A stretch of DNA of 64,000 nt from Candidatus Kapaibacterium sp. (lineage in GTDB: Bacteria > Bacteroidota > Ignavibacteria > Kapaibacteriales > UBA4661): assembly GCA_004292595.1 (NCBI GenBank), contig RDXM01000106.1, forward strand, positions 4,946 to 68,945, in the 5' to 3' direction. The notes under the pieces were generated by a model, which saw nothing but the letters and a program-made list of their open reading frames with translations, was not told the origin of the DNA and did not search any database. Shown here in pieces: positions 8,540-17,826 of this stretch (positions within the stretch are counted from its first letter, which is position 1; each line of letters begins with the position of its first letter). The position numbers and the translations under genes are program-made.

Positions 8540-8716
8540 TGGTGTTTACGGTATGTTTACGGTGTGTTCACAGTGTCAGTTGTAGTCAATTATTCCAGCA
8601 AACAAGCCGCTAAGTTACGAGAATTTTCAGAATTGCGCCGTAAAATTTTGAGCATGGTTTTTGCATCATTACCACCGTTACTTTGTTCAATACCTTTACA
8701 AACTTCTCCTTCTCGC

Positions 8717-11700
8717 ATGAAACCTCGCTTTTGCGGCACTCGCACGTGCATTTATCTTTTCGCGCTTGGTTGTCTCATTTTAGAATGCGCCTTTGGTCTC
8801 AGTCTTGGAATGATACGACCAGCAATGGTGAATGCTTCCCCGCGCAAAAACACTGCAAACACAAGCAATGACAATGCTTTGAAGCAATCGCACGAGCAAA
8901 CAATCTACGTGAAAATGCGCCCGCGCATTCACTCGGAAAGACTGGCACGGAAATGGCTTCAATCCTTTCTGCGGAGCGTTTTTGTACAAGTTTCTGCGCC
9001 ATCGTTCTTTGAAAATAACAGAAATACTATTCTTCCTACACAGCAGCATTTCTTCAAGAGTGGCACAGACATTCTTGTCTGTGAGCGTTGGCGCGGGATG
9101 CTAGCGGAAACACAGACAAGAATGTCTGTGCCACGGAAGCCTGATTTTACAGGGCTTTCAGAACCTCTCTCATTTGCCCAAGGCGTAATCGCAGAAAGCA
9201 TTCACACCTTTCGGCTTGGAAACGCCGTCATTGCTCGCTTTCAGCTTCCGCAGAATGTTTCTACGGAAAAATTATGCAGTGTGCTGGAAGAGCAGCGCGA
9301 GTGCGTAGAATACGCCGAAAGCGCACAAACACTCGCTCCTCGCCAAATTCAAACACCAACACAAGTAACCGACCCGCTTGCCGCGCAGCAATATCACCTC
9401 GACCGCATCCAAATGCGTGAAGCATGGACAGCCGCATGGAATCAGGCTTCTGGCTCTTCCGCTCGGCAGCCCGATAGCAGCATGGTAATTGCCGTTGTGG
9501 ATACAGGCGTGGATTGGGAGCATGAAGAATTAGCGGCAAATATTTGGACAAATCCCGCCGAAAGCGGCATGGATGCAAGCGGACGCGACAAACGCTTCAA
9601 TGGCATTGACGACGACCGCAATGGGAAAATTGACGATTGGCACGGTTGGGATTTTGTCGGTAGCATTTCCGAAGATGAGCGCGAGGCAGGCTTATTTCGT
9701 GAAGATAACGACCCCAAACCCCGCATCAACGCTACTCTCGACCCCGCAGAGCAGTTGCAACACGGCACACACGTCGCTTCCACACTCGCTGCGCTGATGG
9801 ACAATGGCAAAGGCGGCGTAGGAATCGCGCCACGATGCCGCATTCTGCCGATAAAATGCTCGACCGATGGCTCGCGTGTTGGCGGGATTTCCCGTCCTTA
9901 CGAAGCGGTGCTGTATGCTGCGCAAATGGGCGCGAAAATTATTGTGTGTAGCTTTGGAGGCGGCGTATTTAGTCGCTTCGAGCAGGAAGTCATTCACACC
10001 GTGAATAGTATGGGCGCACTCGTCGTTGCCGCCGCAGGAAACGACGCACAAGTGAGCGACAATGCGGACTTTCCCGCTTCCTACGACAAAGTATTGTGTG
10101 TTGGTGCGAGTTTGCAGAGCGACATTGCTGCTTCGTACAGCAATTACGGCTTGAAAGTTCATGTGTTTGCACCTGGCGACCGCATCACCAGCGCGATTAT
10201 TGGCAACAGATATAGCAACGAATGGTCGGGAACATCAATGGCAGTGCCGATTGTAGCGGGTGTGGCAGCACTGGTGCGCCTTCAAAACCCCGCGTGGTCG
10301 CCCGAAGCGGTGATTCAGCAGATTCGTGCAAGCTCAGACAATGTTCTTACAAACCAAAGAACCACGCGCCCTCTGGGCTATTTCGGTAGAATAAACGCGC
10401 TCAAAGCACTCACGACGCACCCTCCGGGACTAACGATTGCAGAAACAAGCATTAGTGCGGCAGGTGGCGTGATGAACGATGCCGTTCCAACACAGGTAAC
10501 GATTCGCTGCCGCAATCTTCTCCAAGCCGCACAAAATGTACGTTTGCTGCTGGTTTCGCTGGACAATCGCGCAAGTATTGTTGGTGAATTGCAAACGCTC
10601 GGAAGCATTGCAAACAACGACGAAAAAACGGCGCAATTCAGCATTCAACTTGAACCAAGCGCATTTCAAGGTGCGGCGCAAACCACGCAAAACGGCACGA
10701 TTGCTCGTACGGCGGAGTTTGCACTGGTGATGCTTGCAGATAATCAAATTGGCAATGAGAATTACTCGAATTACGAGCGCGTCTCCCTTCCGTATTCACT
10801 TCGTCCGCAGAATGGCGCACAAATACTGGCTTCCGCGCAATTAAACTTCGGAACTGCCGATGTTGTAAACAGCACACTCAGTTCTTTGCCAAGTTCTTTG
10901 CCAACATTTACCAAAACAGCGAATCTCACCCTGAGAAATTTCGGCACAGAAAGCTGTACGCTTCTTTCCATGCAGCTTTCGGGCGTGAATCCATCAGATT
11001 TTTCAGCGCAAATGCCCGCTTCTCCGCTCGCTGCGGGAGCGACGGCGCAAGTTCCTATTCAATTTCGTTCTCAACAAGCAATGGCGGGGCTTCGCACGGC
11101 GCGAATCACAACAGAAGTGCAATCAGCGCAGGCGGGAACGCAAGGGAATACGGGCTTTGGCAGTACAAGTTTTGGCAGCATTCAAGGCGGGTATGATTTT
11201 TCGAGAGAACGCGAGCAGTACCGCGAAATCACGGATGGAAACTCGCTTCGCCCCACGCCAACAGCACCATTGGACGATATTCAAACAGACGTGAATCTTG
11301 GTTTTTCGTTCGCAATCAACGGCACACGCTACGAGCGTGTAACGGTCAGCTCGAACGGTTTTTGCGCTTTCGCGCCCGCATCAACGCTTGTTTCGCAAAG
11401 TACGCCCGTTTTTTCGCCATTAAGCACAAGTCTCCGCGCAAATGCGTATATTGCAGCCTTCGCCCGCGACCTTGTTGCTGCCGCGCCGAATGCGAGTATC
11501 AGCACGAAAACCGAGGGTGCTGCACCGAATCGGGTCTGCATTCTGCAATGGCAAAATATGAACGCCATGCAAACGGCAAAACGCTCTGCACGCGAGACGG
11601 ATACTGCTCTTACGGTTTCAATGCAACTCCGATTCTATGAAAATTCCAATGTGATTGAATGCGTTTTTGGCAAATGCCGCGCAAGCAGGTTTTTCGATGG

Positions 11701-12310
11701 CGAATGCGGTGTTCGCGGCACGGAAATACAGCCAAGCATCGCGCTACAAGGCGCATCAATACACGATGTTCAGAGTCGGCGCGTGTCGGATGATATTTCG
11801 GCTTCGTGGGCAAATTCGGTAGAATCGCGCTCGCACGAGGACAAATGCGAAATAACGCCACGTCTCGCGCCAGAAGAAGGCACGATTTTTCGCTGGACAC
11901 CGCGCCTTGCAACGTCTCCACGTGTGCGCACGGCACAGACGTTTCTCCGCCAAACCGACCTTCGCGTGAACGTTCCCGCGCTGCAAATGACTTCTGTTTT
12001 TCAGCAAAATACACCACAACGTCAGGAAAATGATGAATACAGAATTTCACCAAACCCCGCCCGCGATGAAGCAACGGTGCGCTTTGTCGCCGAATCTGGC
12101 ATGACGCTCACGTGTTCGGTGAAAAATAGTCTTGGCGCGGAAGTCTGGCAAGAGCGCATTAATGCTCATGCGGGCGAGAATTTCTTCGTTTTGCCCGTGC
12201 GAAGTTTTGCAAGCGGCGTGTATTTTGTAACCATCATAAAACCCTTGAATGCCGCAGTGTATCAAAGGTTACAGCAAAGATTACAGCAACGTTTAGTTGT
12301 TGTGCATTAA
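8717..12310 (+). CDS. secreted subtilisin-like serine protease (peptidase S8) with an I9 propeptide and a C-terminal T9SS sorting domain
   Basis: A signal peptide starts at the ATG at 8717 (MKPRFCGTRTCIYLFALGCLILECAFG). The listed ORF start at 8351 is a spurious upstream extension. The S8 catalytic triad motifs are present: AVVDTGVDWEHEE (Asp), HGTHVAST (His) and GTSMAVPIVAGVAAL (Ser). The C-terminus carries a Por_Secre_tail (ISPNPARDEATVRF...GVYFVTII). Confidence 0.8.
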   Translation: MKPRFCGTRTCIYLFALGCLILECAFGLSLGMIRPAMVNASPRKNTANTSNDNALKQSHEQTIYVKMRPRIHSERLARKWLQSFLRSVFVQVSAPSFFENNRNTILPTQQHFFKSGTDILVCERWRGMLAETQTRMSVPRKPDFTGLSEPLSFAQGVIAESIHTFRLGNAVIARFQLPQNVSTEKLCSVLEEQRECVEYAESAQTLAPRQIQTPTQVTDPLAAQQYHLDRIQMREAWTAAWNQASGSSARQPDSSMVIAVVDTGVDWEHEELAANIWTNPAESGMDASGRDKRFNGIDDDRNGKIDDWHGWDFVGSISEDEREAGLFREDNDPKPRINATLDPAEQLQHGTHVASTLAALMDNGKGGVGIAPRCRILPIKCSTDGSRVGGISRPYEAVLYAAQMGAKIIVCSFGGGVFSRFEQEVIHTVNSMGALVVAAAGNDAQVSDNADFPASYDKVLCVGASLQSDIAASYSNYGLKVHVFAPGDRITSAIIGNRYSNEWSGTSMAVPIVAGVAALVRLQNPAWSPEAVIQQIRASSDNVLTNQRTTRPLGYFGRINALKALTTHPPGLTIAETSISAAGGVMNDAVPTQVTIRCRNLLQAAQNVRLLLVSLDNRASIVGELQTLGSIANNDEKTAQFSIQLEPSAFQGAAQTTQNGTIARTAEFALVMLADNQIGNENYSNYERVSLPYSLRPQNGAQILASAQLNFGTADVVNSTLSSLPSSLPTFTKTANLTLRNFGTESCTLLSMQLSGVNPSDFSAQMPASPLAAGATAQVPIQFRSQQAMAGLRTARITTEVQSAQAGTQGNTGFGSTSFGSIQGGYDFSREREQYREITDGNSLRPTPTAPLDDIQTDVNLGFSFAINGTRYERVTVSSNGFCAFAPASTLVSQSTPVFSPLSTSLRANAYIAAFARDLVAAAPNASISTKTEGAAPNRVCILQWQNMNAMQTAKRSARETDTALTVSMQLRFYENSNVIECVFGKCRASRFFDGECGVRGTEIQPSIALQGASIHDVQSRRVSDDISASWANSVESRSHEDKCEITPRLAPEEGTIFRWTPRLATSPRVRTAQTFLRQTDLRVNVPALQMTSVFQQNTPQRQENDEYRISPNPARDEATVRFVAESGMTLTCSVKNSLGAEVWQERINAHAGENFFVLPVRSFASGVYFVTIIKPLNAAVYQRLQQRLQQRLVVVH
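9059..9134. repeat. family 1 palindromic repeat copy in inverted orientation, lying in frame within the S8 protease propeptide
   Basis: agTGGCACAGACATTCTTGTCTGTGagcgttggcgcgg...CACAGACAAGAATGTCTGTGCCAc. It translates in frame as GTDILVCERWRGMLAETQTRMSVPRK, between I9 propeptide segments. Confidence 0.6.
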
Positions 12311-12337
12311 CCTTAGAATGAGTTGCTCAAAGTCAAT

Positions 12338-12429
12338 AGTGGCACAGGCATTCTTGCCTGTGTTTGTCGCCTAAAACCAGTACCAACACTCACAGACAAG
12401 CTGAGGGAATCCCTCAGGTCTGTGCCACC
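12338..12429. repeat. family 1 palindromic repeat copy, carrying an internal 18-bp palindromic insertion
   Basis: agTGGCACAGGCATTCTTGCCTGTGtttgtcgcctaaaaccagtaccaacactCACAGACAAG[ctgagggaatccctcagg]TCTGTGCCAc. Confidence 0.6.
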
Positions 12430-12436
12430 TCTGTAC

Positions 12437-12552
12437 ACGACAAAACCTCTGAAAGGTGCATAAAATCAGACTTCAGTGGCTTGAGGCTTCTTGCCTGTGT
12501 TTGTCGTCTGAAACCCGCACCAACACTCACAGACAAGAATGTCTGTGCCACT
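12437..12552. repeat. family 1 palindromic repeat copy with an extended left arm, in tandem with the previous copy
   Basis: acacgacaaaacctctgaaaggtgcataaaatcagaCTTCAGTGGCttgaggcttcttgcctgtgtttgtcgtctgaaacccgcaccaacactCACAGACAAGAATGTCTGTGCCACt. Confidence 0.6.
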
Positions 12553-12646
12553 ACAAAAATATTTTGAACCTCGAAGGCATTTTTCGTTGCAACCCTCATT
12601 GTATCAACAATTTCTCAAACCTTTTCACCTTTTTTGGAGAATATTT

Positions 12647-13993
12647 ATGAACTCCCTCGTACCCTCGTCCCTGCTTGGGCGTGCCGTTGGGCTTCTTGCA
12701 GGTGCAATCGCGCTTGTTTCCTTGTCATTGACGGCAAGCTACGCGCAAAACAGCGCAAAATCACGTGTTTCGATTGAAGTTGTGCGCGAAGGCAAGAATA
12801 CGTCTGCCGCGAATGATTCCACGTTTGCTGGAACGCTTTTGCTGCGCGAGCGCACGGTGAGTCTCTTCCGCCGCGACTCTGCATTTCAAACTGGCTCTGT
12901 TGCTATTCGCCGCAATGGTGGCGATTTGGAGCAGCTTTTGGTCGTTGCCTATTCCGCAGAATATCTGGATTCGCTTGGGAATCTTTTGCCAAACACCAGC
13001 ACAAGTCCAATAAATTTGCCGCAACCCTTGCCAAGCGGCGCGGTTACCTCTCCGCCAATGCCCGCACCAACGCCCGTTTCTATCAATACCTTTCAAGGCG
13101 ACCTTTCGCCAACAACCACCGACCCAAATGGCAATCGCATTTCGTTCCCGCTCGGCAGCGTAACCTTGCCGAACACCGCGAACATTCTTCCTGGTCAAAC
13201 ACAAATATTATTGCGCTTTCAAGCCCGTTGGTCTGACCAATCGCTGCAACCGCGCACTGCTGGTTTGCAAGGTCGTCGCTTTGTGCGTATCCGCCTTTTG
13301 CAAGCCTTGGGCAATTCATATGAACTCGGCGCGACGCTTGCAACGGTGGTGCTTGACGACCCGCTTCGCGTTGGTCCCGTGATTATGAATGCCATTCAGG
13401 ACAAAAATTTAGCGCGAAATGTGAGCGATGTGATCGAATTGGAGTCGCCAATGTTCCGCTCTGACGGGCTTCCTGGCACGGTTTTCTATGATGAAAACTA
13501 CAATGCCATGACGTACACCACGTTTTCGTCGGATGCTTCGAGCGTGAGCGTGCAAGCACTCCAGTCAGATACACGCTTTGGTGGTCGTCCGTCGCTGTTT
13601 TATGTAGTGCAGCCAGGCGCAGTGCTGGGCAGTCGCATAACTCTGACAGTGATTGCGAATGACGGTACAGGAATGCTTGCGCGAGACGAGTTTGATGTTA
13701 CGGTTGTTCAAAACACAACGTCGGTAAAAAGCGATGAGCAAGCACAATTTGTGGCATCTCCCAACCCAACAACAGAGCGGCTTTCGGTCAAATCTACCGC
13801 AAAAGCAACGGGTATTATTCGCACAAAAATCTCCTCGCTCTTGGGCGAAACCTTACACGTTGCCGAGCAGTCAATTTCGGCAGGCGCGGAATACCGCCAA
13901 GAGCTTGATTTGAGCAGCTTCCCAAGCGGTGTGTATATGGTGGAAGTGCAGGACGGCGCGTCGCGCAGTGTTCGCAAGGTTGTTAAGCAATAA
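12647..13993 (+). CDS. secreted protein of unknown function with a T9SS C-terminal sorting domain
   Basis: A signal peptide (MNSLVPSSLLGRAVGLLAGAIALVSLSLTASYAQ) begins at the ATG at 12647. The listed ORF start at 12539 lies inside the repeat. The C-terminus reads ASPNPTTERLSVKS...SGVYMVEVQDGASRSVRKVVKQ, which is Por_Secre_tail-like. Confidence 0.6.
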   Translation: MNSLVPSSLLGRAVGLLAGAIALVSLSLTASYAQNSAKSRVSIEVVREGKNTSAANDSTFAGTLLLRERTVSLFRRDSAFQTGSVAIRRNGGDLEQLLVVAYSAEYLDSLGNLLPNTSTSPINLPQPLPSGAVTSPPMPAPTPVSINTFQGDLSPTTTDPNGNRISFPLGSVTLPNTANILPGQTQILLRFQARWSDQSLQPRTAGLQGRRFVRIRLLQALGNSYELGATLATVVLDDPLRVGPVIMNAIQDKNLARNVSDVIELESPMFRSDGLPGTVFYDENYNAMTYTTFSSDASSVSVQALQSDTRFGGRPSLFYVVQPGAVLGSRITLTVIANDGTGMLARDEFDVTVVQNTTSVKSDEQAQFVASPNPTTERLSVKSTAKATGIIRTKISSLLGETLHVAEQSISAGAEYRQELDLSSFPSGVYMVEVQDGASRSVRKVVKQ

Positions 13994-14023
13994 TTGTTTG
14001 AATTTTATAGATTGAAAAACGCG

Positions 14024-14060
14024 CAACGCCTGTTAGAATCACGGTTCTAACAGGCGTTAT
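14024..14060 (+). terminator. rho-independent terminator
   Basis: AACGCCTGTTAGAAtcacggTTCTAACAGGCGTT followed by a U-rich tract, directly after the stop codon. Confidence 0.6.
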
Positions 14061-14104
14061 GCGTTTTAAAATGCTGTGTAAAAATAATGATACCAAATTT
14101 AATA

Positions 14105-14211
14105 GACTTTCGCAAAATACGTGGAGTGCGGAATGTATTTCGCATATTTACTAGCTTCTCGTGTGATTACGGAATAAATTCCACACTCCAAGAGGCTCAT
14201 TTGCGAAAGTC
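14105..14211. repeat. family 3 MITE-like element with a perfect 12-bp terminal inverted repeat, GACTTTCGCAAA
   Basis: GACTTTCGCAAAatacgtGGAGTGCGGAATgtatttc...ggAATaaATTCCaCACTCCaagaggctcaTTTGCGAAAGTC. A second copy lies at 33470-33562. Confidence 0.55.
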
Positions 14212-14334
14212 CTAACTCTATCGTCCAACCCCCCTTGCTCAAGAGCGTTGGTTTCTTCAGCAATACGCGCCGCTCCAGTAGCGGCAGAGCGAATCTGCAC
14301 TTCAGAGCCTCATCTTTCAGATTTCATCCTTTCT

Positions 14335-15078
14335 TCAATGCGTCAACGCCCAAACGAGGATGTTTACACCAAACTTCAACGCTTCCAAGCGTTTTTCGGG
14401 CGGGTCGTTGTGGACATCTTTATCTGCCCAGCCGTCGCTAGGATTGCTTTCGTAGGTGTAGTACACGCACAAACGTCCTTTGTGGAACAGCCCGAAGCCT
14501 TGCGGCGGCTTGTTATCGTGTTCGTGGGTTTTCGGAACGCCGTTTTGAAATTTGAAAAAGCTCGAATACAAGCCATGCGAAAAAGGCAGTTCGGCAAACT
14601 TTTGTTCGGGAAAAATCTTTTGCATTTCCTTGCGAATCGAAGCATCCATACCGTAATCATCATCAATGTACAGAAAACCGCCATTTTCCAAGTACGCGCG
14701 GAGATTGCGCACTTCGCGGTCGGAGAAATTCACGGTGCCATGTCCAGTGAGAAAGAGGACAGGGTAGAGAAAAACGTTGTCGGAGGATAAATCAACCGCC
14801 TCGAAGCCAGGCGCAGTCTCAATTCCCGTCTGTTCTTGGAAAAAGCGCAGCACGTTAACTTCGGCAGAAGCATCGTTGTACCAATCGCCACCGCCGCCGT
14901 ACTTCACGCGCGGGAGCTTGAGTGCGCTTGTAAGGCGCGTACTTACTGGCTCGCTGGCAATGCGCGGTGCGCCCGTAATCTGCACATTTCCGCCCTGCCC
15001 GCCTATGATGCGGACTTGAGGGAAAAGAGTATAAGAGGAAAGAAGGAAAATGCTGAGAAAGCAAGGAATACGGCGCAT
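14335..15078 (-). CDS. secreted hypothetical protein, possibly of the DUF4159 family
   Basis: The signal peptide MRRIPCFLSIFLLSSYTLFPQ begins at the ATG complementary to 15076-15078. The listed upstream extension translates the repeat. Motifs LFLTGHG...LRAYLENGGFLYIDDDYG are present. The family assignment is from memory only. Confidence 0.4.
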   Translation of the reverse strand: MRRIPCFLSIFLLSSYTLFPQVRIIGGQGGNVQITGAPRIASEPVSTRLTSALKLPRVKYGGGGDWYNDASAEVNVLRFFQEQTGIETAPGFEAVDLSSDNVFLYPVLFLTGHGTVNFSDREVRNLRAYLENGGFLYIDDDYGMDASIRKEMQKIFPEQKFAELPFSHGLYSSFFKFQNGVPKTHEHDNKPPQGFGLFHKGRLCVYYTYESNPSDGWADKDVHNDPPEKRLEALKFGVNILVWALTH

Positions 15079-15130
15079 GGTGGAGGCAGAGAGAGTGAGG
15101 GGAGAAAAATTGATGATGTGTGGTGAGGTT

Positions 15131-15218
15131 TCAGGCTTCAGTGGCTTGAGACATTCCTGTCTGTGTTTGTCGCCTGAACCCTTCACCAACACTCACAGAC
15201 AGGAATGTCTGTGCCACT
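15131..15218. repeat. family 1 palindromic repeat copy
   Basis: tcaggCTTCAGTGGCttgagacattcctgtctgtgtttgtcgcctgaacccttcaccaacactCACAGACAGGAATGTCTGTGCCACt. Confidence 0.6.
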
Positions 15219-15251
15219 ACGGAAGATTTTTATGGTACAGAGGAAAATGAC

Positions 15252-16166
15252 TTAGAAAAAATGCAACCAACCGTGCGTATCATTACCATCTTTCACGACA
15301 GCATCCATGCGGTCTTTGAGCATTTTCGTCATTTCACCAATTTTCCCTTTGCCAACGTCCAGTTTATCCACCGAGCGCACCCAGTTGATTTCCACTGCCG
15401 TGCCAGCAAGGAAGATTTCATCGGCAGTATAGACCATGCCGCGTGGGAGCAGGGTTTCTTTCACGGTAATTCCTGCCTCTTTCGCCAATGCAAGCACCGT
15501 GTCGCGTGTGATACCCATAAGCAATGAATCGTTTATTGGCGGCGTGTAAAGGATGCCATCTTGCACCATGAAGACGTTTGCGCCGCTTGCTTCCGAGACG
15601 TTCCCGTCGATATCCAGCGTCAATGCTTCGTCGTAGCCGTTGCGGACGGCTTCCATTTTCATAAGCTGGGCGTTCATGTAGTTGCCGCCCGCTTTGGCGA
15701 GCGCGGGCATGGTGTTTGGCGGCAGACGATTCCACGTGGAAATGCACATATTCGCGCCGCGCTCGGCTGCTTCGCCTAAGTACGCGCCCAGTTCCCATGC
15801 GGCAATCGCGCATTCAGTAGGACAGTTTATCGGCGAAATGCCCATTTCACCATAGCCACGAAAAATAATTGGACGCAAATACCCCGCTAAAAGATTATTT
15901 TTCTTCAACACGCCCACACACGCCTCTTCGAGCGTTTCAATACTGTACGGCATTTCCGTATGGTAAATGCGCAAAGAACGCTCCAAACGCTTGATGTGGT
16001 CGCGCAAGCGGAAAATTGCTGCGCCGCGCTTGGTTTCGTAGGAGCGAATGCCCTCGAACCAACTTGTGCCATAGTGAATCACGTGTGCGAGAACGTGGAC
16101 GGTTGCGTCTTTCCACTGAACGTACTCGCCGTTCATCCAAATAAGTCCGCTTTCGGGTAATTTCAT
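15252..16166 (-). CDS. ilvE: branched-chain amino acid aminotransferase
   Basis: WMNGEYVQWKDATVHVLAHVIHYGTSWFEGIRSY...: a fold-type IV PLP enzyme, 304 aa. Confidence 0.85.
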   Translation of the reverse strand: MKLPESGLIWMNGEYVQWKDATVHVLAHVIHYGTSWFEGIRSYETKRGAAIFRLRDHIKRLERSLRIYHTEMPYSIETLEEACVGVLKKNNLLAGYLRPIIFRGYGEMGISPINCPTECAIAAWELGAYLGEAAERGANMCISTWNRLPPNTMPALAKAGGNYMNAQLMKMEAVRNGYDEALTLDIDGNVSEASGANVFMVQDGILYTPPINDSLLMGITRDTVLALAKEAGITVKETLLPRGMVYTADEIFLAGTAVEINWVRSVDKLDVGKGKIGEMTKMLKDRMDAVVKDGNDTHGWLHFF

Positions 16167-16221
16167 ACTTTCCCTTTATTGAATTTTATAGAGTGCTTGA
16201 AAAATATACGAATAAGCATAT

Positions 16222-16299
16222 AGTGGCACAGACATTCCTGTCTGTGTTTGTCGCCTAGAACCAGCACCAATACTCACAGACAAGAATGTCTGTGCCACT
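16222..16299. repeat. family 1 palindromic repeat copy
   Basis: agTGGCACAGACATTCCTGTCTGTGtttgtcgcctagaaccagcaccaatactCACAGACAAGAATGTCTGTGCCACt. Confidence 0.6.
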
Positions 16300-16339
16300 A
16301 TTGGTTTAGTCTACTGAATTTGGTCAGTAAAGCAGCGTA

Positions 16340-17614
16340 TTACAACGCTGCAATGCCCTCTGCTACTCGCCTGCCAGAGACCATCGCGCCGTGAATGGAA
16401 GCCGTATCGCGGTGGTCTCCTGCAACAAAAAGACGCGGCGAAAGCTGCACGGGGCGTTCTGTGGGCGAGAGTGCGGGCGGTTCTTGGCTTGGCAGCGCGT
16501 GTTCAATGCGATAGGTGCGCAAGTGCCGCCAGTCCTGCACGTGCTTCCCAAAAACATTCTGGCATTCTTGACGCACCGCATTCAACAAAGTTTCATCATC
16601 GGTCTTGGGAATGCCAATGATACTAGTGGAAATCAAAAATTCCCCGTCTGGTGCGTACAATGGCGCGACCAAGTTCGGAACGCACATATTATTCACCAAG
16701 CCGCGCCCAGTTCCGTTCAGAACCAGCATCTGAGCTTGTACGGGCGGTTCTTTTGCGGCAAAATAGACCGTCGTTGTGCCACAACTTTTTGGCGCAGAGA
16801 CCGCTTCTTTGCTGAGTTTTGCGGCTGTCTGCCAATCACTGGCAATTACGACGTGGCGGGCTTGCACAGTTTCGCCAGAATTAAGCACCACATTCATTCC
16901 TTTGTTCATTCCAGAAGCCTCATCATTGCTTGTTTCTTCCAAATAATTCACGGGAGAATTGAGGCGAACTTTGCTCGCATCTAGTCTGGAAGTCATCTGC
17001 AAGGGAATCTGCTCCATTCCTGCGGCGGGAAGCGTTGCCTGCCCAAGCGCAAACATTCGGAAGAGAAATTCAAACATTCGGCTGGAGGTTTGCAATTTCA
17101 TATCGAAAAAAACACCGCCGAAAAAAGGCTGGAAGAAGCGTTCTATCATGCGTTCGCTAAAGCCGTATTCGCGCAAGTACGCTGCCGTTGTGCGCTCGCG
17201 TCCTTGCAATGCCGCATCAAAGCTCATTTTCGTCAATGTTTGTTGCAAGGTGAGAATACGGAGTTTATCGGCAAACGAGCCAATCGGTGCGAACAAGGTT
17301 TCAAGCGCGTTCTGGGGATGCTTGAGCGGATTAGCAATCGTTGTGAAGCGGTCGCCGAGCCAAATTTTCGCGCCCGCATCGAAAGCGCGGAGATTGAGTG
17401 CGCCGTAGTCCAGAACCCGCTTGGCTTCTGGGTATTCAGAGAGAAGAATTTGAAAGCCTCTGTCGAGCAAAAAACCGTCCAGATGGTCAGTCGCAACGCG
17501 CCCACCGACGCGCCCTGTACTTTCCAGAATAACGTAATCAATGCCACGCTTTGCAAGCTCGGCAGCGCACGCCAAACCCGCTACACCAGCACCAATGATA
17601 CAAACATCAAGCAT
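16340..17614 (-). CDS. NAD(P)/FAD-dependent oxidoreductase of the amine-oxidase / CrtI-like fold
   Basis: The N-terminus has a Rossmann dinucleotide-binding motif, MLDVCIIGAGVAGLACAAELAKRG...ESTGRVGGRV. The C-terminus reads FVAGDH...GAMVSGRRVA. Confidence 0.7.
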   Translation of the reverse strand: MLDVCIIGAGVAGLACAAELAKRGIDYVILESTGRVGGRVATDHLDGFLLDRGFQILLSEYPEAKRVLDYGALNLRAFDAGAKIWLGDRFTTIANPLKHPQNALETLFAPIGSFADKLRILTLQQTLTKMSFDAALQGRERTTAAYLREYGFSERMIERFFQPFFGGVFFDMKLQTSSRMFEFLFRMFALGQATLPAAGMEQIPLQMTSRLDASKVRLNSPVNYLEETSNDEASGMNKGMNVVLNSGETVQARHVVIASDWQTAAKLSKEAVSAPKSCGTTTVYFAAKEPPVQAQMLVLNGTGRGLVNNMCVPNLVAPLYAPDGEFLISTSIIGIPKTDDETLLNAVRQECQNVFGKHVQDWRHLRTYRIEHALPSQEPPALSPTERPVQLSPRLFVAGDHRDTASIHGAMVSGRRVAEGIAAL

Positions 17615-17826
17615 AATTTTTCACCATCGAAATTCTACAAATGAAAAGTTGTGGAGCGCAATGCCGCATCAATGCGCATGAGAGCGAAGAATGTATTTTG
17701 GAAACAGCACGGCTAAATTTACGCAGAATCTTGGCAGTATGCAATTACGATGGCAGAAAATCTCTGTTTTTGATTTGATGAGTTTGCACGAAAGGTTTTA
17801 TGCGACCTCTGAGTCAAAATCACGGC

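Noticed and set aside
8351-8716. The first 122 codons of the listed 1319-aa ORF at 8351-12310
   Set aside because: This stretch overlaps the divergent cmk gene and its promoter region and has no domain content. A convincing signal peptide starts at the ATG at 8717, so the upstream part is treated as a spurious extension.
12364-12650. Short ORFs at 12364-12567 and 12456-12650, and similar ones at 15050-15250, 60392-60628 and 21099-21345, encoding recurring peptides such as TNTHRQECLCH and PTLTDKNVCAT
   Set aside because: These are translations of the family 1 palindromic repeat in different frames. They are not genes.
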